NCBI GenBank assembly: GCA_044234345.1
Contig: JBIIIW010000003.1
Span: forward strand, 1-46,367
From: Minisyncoccia bacterium
GTDB taxonomy: Bacteria > Patescibacteriota > Minisyncoccia > Phycocordibacterales > PALSA-1337
Length of the DNA: 46,367 bases
Reading direction: 5' to 3'
Shown here: positions 21,503 to 29,478 of the stretch, piece by piece
How the letters are laid out: every line of letters begins with the position of its first letter
How positions within the stretch are numbered: the stretch's first letter is position 1
Made by a program: the position numbers and the translations under genes
Notes under the pieces: model-generated
The model's input: only the letters and a program-made list of their open reading frames with translations
Databases searched by the model: none
What the model was told of the DNA's origin: nothing

Positions 21503-21649
21503 CTATATTGTTGTTGTTGAAGCCACCATATCTGTACTAGTTGCTGTATCAACTACTGCTGGTGCTACAGATTTGTTACCCCTGAAGGCAAATACCGCAA
21601 CTATTAATATTACTACTATCACTGCTATTATTATTTTTGTGTTTTTCAT
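21503..21649 (-). CDS. 48-aa membrane-anchored small protein (not in ORF track)
   Basis: MKNTKIIIAVIVVILIVAVFAFRGNKSVAPAVVDTATSTDMVASTTTI*; TATATT 8 nt before ATG. Confidence 0.7.
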   Translation of the reverse strand: MKNTKIIIAVIVVILIVAVFAFRGNKSVAPAVVDTATSTDMVASTTTI

Positions 21650-21659
21650 TGTTTTTAAA

Positions 21660-21690
21660 TATAAATACCCACTTAAAGTGGGTATTTATA
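21660..21690. terminator. Palindromic hairpin, probable terminator of the SWIB gene
   Basis: TATAAATACCCACTT-A-AAGTGGGTATTTATA, 14 nt after the stop codon. Confidence 0.7.
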
Positions 21691-21704
21691 TAATTAATCG
21701 TTAA

Positions 21705-21959
21705 TTATGATAGATGCTTTGAAACAAGCTTTGTCATCTCAAACATGTTTACAACATCCTTTCCTCCGAAAACCTTCTTTAGTGCAGCGTCTGCATTAAT
21801 ATTTCTCTTGTTCTTAGGATCTTGTAGGTTGTTCTCCTTAATGTATGCCCATAGCTTCTTAACAACCTCTGAACGTGGTAATGGTCCTTTTCCAACTACA
21901 GCAGCTAGGTCAGCTCCTACAGTCAAAGGCTTCATAAATGCAGAATTCGTATTTGCCAT
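21705..21959 (-). CDS. Stand-alone SWIB/MDM2 domain protein
   Basis: LAAVVG..PLPRSEVVKKLWAYIK.NNLQDP.NKR.I.AD..L. Confidence 0.93.
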   Translation of the reverse strand: MANTNSAFMKPLTVGADLAAVVGKGPLPRSEVVKKLWAYIKENNLQDPKNKRNINADAALKKVFGGKDVVNMFEMTKLVSKHLS

Positions 21960-22021
21960 AAATTTTTCCTCACTTTGGAGGTCTCTATTTGATTATTTAA
22001 TAACGGAGATATTATAGCATA

Positions 22022-22486
22022 CTATACAGGACATGTCTCACCAGCCTTGAAACTTGCTTTGTCGTCAACTTCTAGGTAATCAAACAGTGTTGTCTTCATA
22101 GGATCTAGATTTAGTCTCTTACACTCTCCTGCAAACCAATCTTTCTTAGCAGGATCTGTTGAATATGAGAAGTCAGTTCTAAATGACTTTGACCAAGCCT
22201 CGATCTCAGCGTCACTCTTAGCAATACCGTTATCCTTTACCCACTTAGCAATCTCTTCATCTGTATGTCCTTCTGAAACATACGCCTTGAAGTCATCTCC
22301 CTTAATCCCCTTGAAGCTAAACAGTACGTTATCTAGTGGGCAATCAAAATGATACTCACCATTTGTTCCTGCAATCTTTGCTCTGCACTTATCAATAGTA
22401 CGAGCAATGATAGCAAATCCACCAATTGTCTCGTATGGACTTCTTGGTGCTACTTTTGTTAAGTCTTTTGCTGTTATGTTATTCAT
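22022..22486 (-). CDS. DUF5069-like protein
   Basis: PRSP...GG....ARTIDKCRA...GT.GEYHFDCPLD. Confidence 0.8.
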   Translation of the reverse strand: MNNITAKDLTKVAPRSPYETIGGFAIIARTIDKCRAKIAGTNGEYHFDCPLDNVLFSFKGIKGDDFKAYVSEGHTDEEIAKWVKDNGIAKSDAEIEAWSKSFRTDFSYSTDPAKKDWFAGECKRLNLDPMKTTLFDYLEVDDKASFKAGETCPV

Positions 22487-22576
22487 ATTTATATATATTA
22501 AAATTGATATGTTATAAGTATAAGGTATTACTTTACTTTGTAAAGTATTTACACCTATGATATAGTATGGTTACGT

Positions 22577-22906
22577 ATGTTACGAACAAAGAAACAAGTA
22601 AAGAATATCTGTACAGAGTGCCCTCTGGCAAAGACAGCTAATATAATTGGTGATACTTTCTCCCTACTCATCATTCGTGATCTATTAACTAAACCTAAGA
22701 GGTTCGGAGAGATTACTGAATCACTTAAAGGTGTTAGTTCGAGAACCATAACAAAGAAATTAGCATTCCTTGAGGGGGCTGGTCTCGTATCTCGTACTGA
22801 ATTTACAGAAAAGCCTCCAAGGGTTGAGTATGCACTTACAAAGAATGGTAAGGCATTGCATGAGATTATCGAGTCTATGCGAAATTACGGTGAGAAGTAC
22901 CTATAG
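22577..22906 (+). CDS. HxlR/DUF24 winged-helix regulator
   Basis: N-terminal CTECP, RFGEI, PPRVEYALT..G. Confidence 0.93.
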   Translation: MLRTKKQVKNICTECPLAKTANIIGDTFSLLIIRDLLTKPKRFGEITESLKGVSSRTITKKLAFLEGAGLVSRTEFTEKPPRVEYALTKNGKALHEIIESMRNYGEKYL

Positions 22907-23563
22907 CACTATCCTTCCATCATCTAGTCTAACTATCCTCTCTGCCATTCTTCCATATTCTTCTTCATGAGTTACCATGATTATCGTCTGACCCTGCTTA
23001 TGTAACTCTTTGAATATATCCATAACTATCTTTGATGACTCACTGTCGAGGTTAGCAGTTGGTTCATCTGCGAACAATATCTCAGGTCTATGTGCAATTG
23101 CTCTAGAGATTGATACTCTCTGTTGTTCTCCTCCTGATAGCTGGCTAGGAAGGTTATTAAGTCTCTTTCCCAAGTTTACGAGTGTTAATGCATCAGTAGC
23201 CATCTTCATAGACTCCTCCTCTGATATATTCTCCATAATTAGTGGGAGTGCAACATTCTCTACGGCTGTAAGTTCAGGTAGAAGTGCGTAATCCTGAAAC
23301 ACATATCCAAACTTTGCTAGTCTAAATGCCATCTTCTCTCTTTCAGACATATTATGTACCTCAACTCCATCTATATATATCTGACCACTACTAGGCTCAT
23401 CAAGAAGACTCATCTGATACATGAATGTACTCTTACCAGCTCCGGATCTACCCATGATTGCAATGAATTCTCCTTTCTTGGCTTCAAAATCAATACCCTT
23501 TAGAACTTGAGTTTCTATATCTCCATTCTTAAATGATTTTTTTAGATTTTTTACTTTTAACAT
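22901..23563 (-). CDS. MacB/LolD-type ABC ATPase
   Basis: GRSGAGKST, LSGGEQQRV, FADEPTANLD, VTH; start moved to MLKVKNL. Confidence 0.95.
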   Translation of the reverse strand: MLKVKNLKKSFKNGDIETQVLKGIDFEAKKGEFIAIMGRSGAGKSTFMYQMSLLDEPSSGQIYIDGVEVHNMSEREKMAFRLAKFGYVFQDYALLPELTAVENVALPLIMENISEEESMKMATDALTLVNLGKRLNNLPSQLSGGEQQRVSISRAIAHRPEILFADEPTANLDSESSKIVMDIFKELHKQGQTIIMVTHEEEYGRMAERIVRLDDGRIVL

Positions 23564-23567
23564 ATAT

Positions 23568-24830
23568 TTAATTTCTACCAAGAATCGAATCTAGGGTATT
23601 TCTCTTTACTATCATTCTAGCAGGTATATACCCCGCTATCATAGTAGCTAGAACCAGGAGGAATACTCTAAACAATGTACCGAATAGTGGTGCGTAGATT
23701 ATAACTTGCCCAAGTGGAAGCTTAATTGGATTTGCAGTATTTAATGGAAGTACAATGAAGTAGAGGAATGCCAATCCAATACCAGATCCAGTTAGGGCGT
23801 AGAATAAGGATTGAAATATATATGATATTTCAATCGCTTCTCCTGATATACCTATACCCTTTAATATACCGATGAACTTACGACGAGTAAGTGCATTAAC
23901 GAAGATAACTATAAATATAGTAATGGATGCAACGACTAGACCTATAGAACTTACGACATTACCTATTGCTGCAAATGTTGCTGTAATCTGAGCAACTCCA
24001 CTTGGTGTAGCTTCAGCATTAGTCTGTATCTTAGCTATCTCTCCAATCTTGCTATTAACCAGGAAGTTCTTAAATGCCATTGGATCTTCTCCAGGTTTTA
24101 GTTTTATACCAAGCTCCTGTACGCTGTAATCACCAACTCCAGTAAGTGCAACAAATTGTGATGCATTCATGAATGCTCTTTGAGATAGGTTTCCACCTGC
24201 ACCCTTAACAATACCTTTTACTGTAACCTCTCTAGAAGCACCATTAATTGTTAACTTAACTTTTGTACCAATACCAACATTCTTAAGTGATGGAATACCT
24301 CCTTGATCAGGACCTCCGAATGAATATTGTTCTAGTAATTCAGAGCCTAGTATAACTTGATCGTAATCAGTCGGAGAAAGATAACTTCCTTCGATTAGGT
24401 TCTCTGATATCTTAGAGAACTTGCTCTCAGTATCAAGATTAATACCAACCATCTCTACATTAACAGTATTAGGTTTCTGATTTGTATCTGTAACAGTCTT
24501 GTAATTTGCTTCTATCTTAGCCCCTGCTGTAAATCTAGCATCATAAACGTCAACTTGTGGTAGAGATTTTATAAATGAGATTAATTGAGGAGTATTCTCT
24601 ATATAGCTCTTCGATGTAAGTGGACTGATGAATACATCTCCAGTTAACTGATCCTTGTATCCTCTACCGATACCATTAACTAATCCAACCAATATTCCAG
24701 TTACTCCAACTAGATTGAGGAATGTTAGAAGCATTACGAATACGATAAGGCTTGTAGTCCAAAGACTTGAACGACGTATCTGGCGTATAGCGAGATAGAA
24801 ACCGATTCGTATATTTAAGAATGAAAACAT
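23568..24830 (-). CDS. MacB/FtsX-like ABC permease
   Basis: TM1, large extracytoplasmic domain, three C-terminal TMs, IGILKGIG, YIPAR. Confidence 0.9.
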   Translation of the reverse strand: MFSFLNIRIGFYLAIRQIRRSSLWTTSLIVFVMLLTFLNLVGVTGILVGLVNGIGRGYKDQLTGDVFISPLTSKSYIENTPQLISFIKSLPQVDVYDARFTAGAKIEANYKTVTDTNQKPNTVNVEMVGINLDTESKFSKISENLIEGSYLSPTDYDQVILGSELLEQYSFGGPDQGGIPSLKNVGIGTKVKLTINGASREVTVKGIVKGAGGNLSQRAFMNASQFVALTGVGDYSVQELGIKLKPGEDPMAFKNFLVNSKIGEIAKIQTNAEATPSGVAQITATFAAIGNVVSSIGLVVASITIFIVIFVNALTRRKFIGILKGIGISGEAIEISYIFQSLFYALTGSGIGLAFLYFIVLPLNTANPIKLPLGQVIIYAPLFGTLFRVFLLVLATMIAGYIPARMIVKRNTLDSILGRN

Positions 24831-24831
24831 A

Positions 24832-26373
24832 TTACTTTATTACTGGACTTAGGACGATTACATCACCCTCCATAACTCCTGATACAACATTAACTTCACC
24901 TATTATAGTACTTGAACCTAGTGTTACCTCCCTGTCCTCATTTACTCCATTAACCTTAACTTGTATGTATTGCTTATCATTCTTCTTGAATACAGACCCT
25001 ATTGGAATTACAAATGTATTTGGTATCTCTTGAGTAGTAATATCTATATTAGCTGTCATACCAGATCGTATTATCCTATCAGTCTCTAGAAACTGTAATG
25101 TTGTCTTGTAGTTTGAAACTCCATTTACAACTGTCTCAGCTGGATCTATTGCTATAACCTTAAGTTCAAACTTTACACTTGGGCCGTATGCATCTAATGT
25201 TGCAACTGCTGTATTACCAACATTTAGATTAGATATGTATACCTCAGGTACATTACTCTTTACGATGAATGCTCCACTACCTATCATAGATATACTCGAG
25301 CTATTTGATCCAGCAACTTCCCCCACCTTTATATCTATCTTTGTAACTATTCCATCAAATGGTGCACGTATAATTGTCTTTGCAAGTTGAGCTTGAGCAT
25401 TTAGAACATCTGCCTCTGCTGCCTTTACTGCCGCTGTCTGTGCTTGTATATCGTTGTTTGTAGATCCGGCAAGATCTAGAGATAGCGAGTTACTAGCAAG
25501 GTTTAGTGCTGAAGCAGATGTGTTAAGCGCTTCTGAAGCAGCTGAAATTAATAGGCTTGCATCATTTATCTCTGTTCTGTATGTCTCGACTTCACTCTGG
25601 TCTGTACCAACGTTTGAAGCTAGGTAATCAATATTAGTTGATAGCAATCTCATCAAACTCTTAGCGTTATCAATTGTCTTCTTAGAAATTAGTTTAGCTG
25701 AACTTAAAGAATCATTTGTTTTGTTTGAGGAATACAAATTAATCATTACAGAGTTCCACTCTGCTAGATTTCTAGTTAACACTGCTCTACTTTTTTCTGT
25801 CAGAGACTCATCTACACGACTACTTAAAGTAATATTTAGTTGTGGATTAGCTGAACTACCGTAATTAAACAGAGTATCTGAATTTGATATCAATGCTTCC
25901 TCAACTTTTAGGTATGCTGTATGTAATGCATCGACATAGTCTGATACTGCATCATCATATTTCTGTTGTGTGATCTTTAATTCTTCAGGTCGAGTACCTT
26001 GCTGCTTTGTTGCTAGATTAGCTTTCTCTCTTTCAAGTACAGACTGCTTCTGTAGAAGTGAAGCGTATAGATCACTGTTCTCAATATTAGCTAAAGTATC
26101 TCCTTGTTTTACAGTATCCCCTACTTTTACATATATCTTTGATATACGTCCTGATTGAGCGAAGCCTAGATTAGCACTTTCATTAGATTCTACAGTTCCT
26201 GAAACTGATAGTTTTTGTACGAATGTCTCCCTTTTAGCAGTTATCGTATTCTCTACATCATTGCCGCCAGTGAAGGATACAATTAGTATAATTAATATTA
26301 CTAATCCTGGTATTACACCAAAAACTATTGGTCTTTTTTTAGGTAAACTAAGTATTTTTTTAATATTGTTCAT
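24832..26373 (-). CDS. Membrane fusion protein (efflux adaptor subunit)
   Basis: N-terminal TM, lipoyl-like halves VKVGDTVKQGD and IRAPFDGIV, long coiled coil, GMTANIDI. Confidence 0.9.
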   Translation of the reverse strand: MNNIKKILSLPKKRPIVFGVIPGLVILIILIVSFTGGNDVENTITAKRETFVQKLSVSGTVESNESANLGFAQSGRISKIYVKVGDTVKQGDTLANIENSDLYASLLQKQSVLEREKANLATKQQGTRPEELKITQQKYDDAVSDYVDALHTAYLKVEEALISNSDTLFNYGSSANPQLNITLSSRVDESLTEKSRAVLTRNLAEWNSVMINLYSSNKTNDSLSSAKLISKKTIDNAKSLMRLLSTNIDYLASNVGTDQSEVETYRTEINDASLLISAASEALNTSASALNLASNSLSLDLAGSTNNDIQAQTAAVKAAEADVLNAQAQLAKTIIRAPFDGIVTKIDIKVGEVAGSNSSSISMIGSGAFIVKSNVPEVYISNLNVGNTAVATLDAYGPSVKFELKVIAIDPAETVVNGVSNYKTTLQFLETDRIIRSGMTANIDITTQEIPNTFVIPIGSVFKKNDKQYIQVKVNGVNEDREVTLGSSTIIGEVNVVSGVMEGDVIVLSPVIK

Positions 26374-26473
26374 TTGTAATAATATATCATAAATCAGCCC
26401 AACTATGCCATATTGATATCTATATAATGGAGCATGCTGTAGATATGCTTCTACACATAAGAGAACAAGCTAA

Positions 26474-26638
26474 CTATCTAGTTAGCTTGAATCCTACGTA
26501 TATACCAGCTATACCTCCTACTGCTGAAAGGAATATTGAGGAGAAGGAGAATGTGCTACCTCCCCAGATTAGTGGAAGGTATCCTCCTGCAAACAAACCT
26601 ATTGTCATAGTTAGATATATTAGTTTCTTTGAGTCCAT
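26474..26638 (-). CDS. 54-aa two-TM small membrane protein (not in ORF track)
   Basis: MDSKKLIYLTMTIGLFAGGYLPLIWGGSTFSFSSIFLSAVGGIAGIYVGFKLTR*; TGT-TAATAT 6 nt before ATG. Confidence 0.8.
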   Translation of the reverse strand: MDSKKLIYLTMTIGLFAGGYLPLIWGGSTFSFSSIFLSAVGGIAGIYVGFKLTR

Positions 26639-26665
26639 ATGGATATATTAACATTTAATATTACG

Positions 26666-26691
26666 AAAGGCACAACGAATGTTGTGCCTTT
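26666..26691 (-). terminator. Intrinsic terminator
   Basis: AAAGGCACAAC-4 nt-GTTGTGCCTTT, 6 nt after the oxygenase stop. Confidence 0.8.
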
Positions 26692-26697
26692 GTTGCT

Positions 26698-27516
26698 CTA
26701 TGAGAACAGTTTAGAGAATTCTTCCACACTCATTTTATAATTAAAGCCTGGTGTTTTTTCTTGCAGCCTACCATTCTTCGATTTGTTATATTTGGGTGTA
26801 TTAGCGAGCTGAACGAAACATACAGCAGAGTATCTACTATTCCTAACAGACTCTTCAGTTGCGACTACCCTGTGACATAATGCTCTCAACTTACCAGCTG
26901 ACCGTAGTTGCATTTGCATTGCATTGAATATGATTGTCTCCCCTGATGAGACAACTGAATCAACCCAATCTCCATCGTACTCAAGGCATTGTAATCCTGG
27001 AGTGCTCTCGTATAGGTGAAATGTAAAACCACTTTGGTCTGTATGAGCCCTAGCGATCTCGTCTCCAGAACTTGCACCTGGGAAGTAGTGAATGAATCTT
27101 ATAAAATATTTATCCATACTGTCATCTACTTCTTGTTTGAATCCCTTAATTTCGAAATCTCTTTCTACGGTAGCTGCAAAATCAGAGATCGTCTGTCTCA
27201 TCCTATCAACTAACAGGACCGCGTTATTAACAAAGTCTAGTATCACCTGGTTATTTACAACTCTTATGTTTTCAAGTAACCATTCTCTTCCAGAAAGTGA
27301 GATATCGAAATTCTCCTTTTTATCGCCCATATTACCTGACCCATCCTTTAACTCATACCCGACTCCGTCAGCACTATTACTGTATGGAATATCTCTTTTG
27401 GTATCTTCTGGCAACATACAAACCTCCTTCCAAGACTTAATCGTTATTTCCATTAAGTCTCTTAAATCTTTTGGATACTTTACAACAAGATAGCCTTTAT
27501 CTTTGAGTGTGTTCAT
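26698..27516 (-). CDS. 2-oxoglutarate/Fe(II) oxygenase (IPNS-like)
   Basis: HTD, distal H (LCHRV), RYS; start probably MNTLKDKG. Confidence 0.88.
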   Translation of the reverse strand: MNTLKDKGYLVVKYPKDLRDLMEITIKSWKEVCMLPEDTKRDIPYSNSADGVGYELKDGSGNMGDKKENFDISLSGREWLLENIRVVNNQVILDFVNNAVLLVDRMRQTISDFAATVERDFEIKGFKQEVDDSMDKYFIRFIHYFPGASSGDEIARAHTDQSGFTFHLYESTPGLQCLEYDGDWVDSVVSSGETIIFNAMQMQLRSAGKLRALCHRVVATEESVRNSRYSAVCFVQLANTPKYNKSKNGRLQEKTPGFNYKMSVEEFSKLFS

Positions 27517-27599
27517 AGAATATTTATTAATTATATAATGGTCCAAATGCATTCTATAACTTTGGCTATATAATTTAAAAGAGAGGGCTCCCTCGGTAA

Positions 27600-28310
27600 C
27601 TACTTCATATCACTCTGAATTTCTTCATTAAAGAAGAATGGTAATTTATCTATATTACCCCTCTTTATCGCTTTGAGGACTGTATTTATACCTTTAATTG
27701 AGTCGAATTCTGATGATTCGTTCTTTATAGCATTATCAATTGAGACCCACATATTGTGTCCAAATGTTGTATCTTCTATTAACTCTCCTTCACTGGAATT
27801 AGAATATGCTATTGGGAACATTAGATCAGAGAATAGCTCTCCGTCTTTGTACATTATTCTCCTCTCACATCCGACTAATTTAAATTTAGCTTGGAGTCCT
27901 GTCTCTTGTTTTAGTTTTCTGTTTGCTGCAGGCTCGATTAGCTCTCCTTTTAATACCACTCCTCCCATTACTCCAATCTTACCAAATGATGGATTAGATT
28001 TTCGTATCTGATTTAGTATCTGTATCTTTCCATTAACTACCCTTGATACGATTGTAATTACATTAATTTTAAACAAACTTGTTATTGCATTGTTATCTGG
28101 TACTGGATCTGCAACATGTCGTATTCCTTTTTTTGAGAGTGTGTATCTAGTATTTACTTTATCCACCATTACCTTCTTAACTAGATGTTGTAGGTGATAG
28201 TTGAACAGATCATTAGGTACACCTGTTGGTTTTAATTCTGAATACTTAAGACTCTTAGCATTCTTAAGTTTAGATAGTATATGGTTTTGTATCGGTGATA
28301 TGTCCTTCAT
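27600..28310 (-). CDS. Winged-HTH plus degenerate NUDIX domain protein, probable regulator
   Basis: wHTH LKYSELKP....DLFNYHLQHL....Y.LS.KG; NUDIX-like GGVVLKGE...AANRKLKQETGL. Confidence 0.78.
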   Translation of the reverse strand: MKDISPIQNHILSKLKNAKSLKYSELKPTGVPNDLFNYHLQHLVKKVMVDKVNTRYTLSKKGIRHVADPVPDNNAITSLFKINVITIVSRVVNGKIQILNQIRKSNPSFGKIGVMGGVVLKGELIEPAANRKLKQETGLQAKFKLVGCERRIMYKDGELFSDLMFPIAYSNSSEGELIEDTTFGHNMWVSIDNAIKNESSEFDSIKGINTVLKAIKRGNIDKLPFFFNEEIQSDMK

Positions 28311-28378
28311 GTTTACCCATACTAGTTTATCTACAGTAAACATTCAAGCTACGTATATTTTAATGTTACAATTATACA

Positions 28379-28939
28379 ATGAAAGAATCCATAGCTATAT
28401 TTGCATCTATATTAGCAATAGTTGGTAATGTTCCATACCTTAGAGATATTATTAAACAGAAAGTACAACCCCATCCATATACTTGGTTTGTGTGGTCTAT
28501 TGTTTCTTGTATTATCTTCTTCGGTCAGTTAGCAAAGGGTGCTGGCATCGGTGCATTACCTACTGCTGCATCTGAGATATTTACTATCATTATATTCTTC
28601 TTCTCTATACGCTATGGATTTAAGAATATTAAGTTAGTTGATACTGTATTTTTGATCATTGCTCTACTTGGTATTATCCCTTGGATTATTACCAAAGACC
28701 CAACTGTGTCAGTTATAATTGCTGTGAGTATAGATTTAATAGCTTTCATTCCAACTCTACGTAAGACATGGAAGCATCCTGAGACGGAGACTCCGCTACT
28801 TTACAGTATGAATGTATTTAGACACATCTTAATGCTCTTCTCTCTGAAGGCATACAACATTGCAACAACTCTACATTCAATAGCTATGATTACTTCAAAT
28901 ACTATTATGACCCTATTTATCCTTAGAAGAAGAAAATAG
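28379..28939 (+). CDS. Multi-pass membrane protein with internal duplication (PQ-loop/SWEET-like)
   Basis: About seven TM helices; repeated PYLRDIIK..VQP and PTLRKTWKHPETE. Confidence 0.75.
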   Translation: MKESIAIFASILAIVGNVPYLRDIIKQKVQPHPYTWFVWSIVSCIIFFGQLAKGAGIGALPTAASEIFTIIIFFFSIRYGFKNIKLVDTVFLIIALLGIIPWIITKDPTVSVIIAVSIDLIAFIPTLRKTWKHPETETPLLYSMNVFRHILMLFSLKAYNIATTLHSIAMITSNTIMTLFILRRRK

Positions 28940-29404
28940 TTTTGGTATATATCTATCTAGTCCTAAGTTAGTCATTGTCTTTGATGACAACATAATACCG
29001 ATTGATAGCACTAGTAGTACTGGGTTTGAACTTACAGTTCCTGCTAGTAGATAGTTAAAATTCATGAAGAATCCGAAGAATGCAGCTACTGCCGTGAATG
29101 CTCCTAGAATCAATGCAACTCCTACCGCTATCTCTCCCCAAGTCACTAGATGTGACCAGAATACTGGGAAAGGCACCACAAACATATTTAGGAAGTCTGC
29201 ATACCACCATTGAACATCTGGGTGTTCACCTACTGTCTTTGTAAGTGCATTTGCTAGAAATCCTGATATTGCCTTACCTGAATCTGCTCCTACCCAAGCA
29301 CTACTAAATGCTTTATCTATTCCAGCAACAAGCCATTCGTAACCAACGTACATTCTTACTACAAACCAAAACCAAGTTAGTTTTTTGTTATTGAATATTT
29401 GCAT
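28913..29404 (-). CDS. DoxX/DoxD family membrane protein
   Basis: RMYVGYEWLVAG..K, GEIAVG..LILG, MNFNYLLAGTVSSNP, GLD. Confidence 0.9.
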   Translation of the reverse strand: MQIFNNKKLTWFWFVVRMYVGYEWLVAGIDKAFSSAWVGADSGKAISGFLANALTKTVGEHPDVQWWYADFLNMFVVPFPVFWSHLVTWGEIAVGVALILGAFTAVAAFFGFFMNFNYLLAGTVSSNPVLLVLSIGIMLSSKTMTNLGLDRYIPKLFSSSKDK

Positions 29405-29416
29405 ATAGTTTATTAT

Positions 29417-29452
29417 AACCTATATATCATATTGCAATATGATATATAGGTT
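29417..29452. repeat. Perfect 36-bp palindrome
   Basis: AACCTATATATCATATTG|CAATATGATATATAGGTT with no spacer. Confidence 0.9.
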
Positions 29453-29478
29453 GTGTATTGTGAAGATAAAAACACCTG

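Noticed and set aside
26427-26651. 74-aa plus-strand ORF
   Set aside because: Antisense to the more convincing 54-aa membrane protein gene
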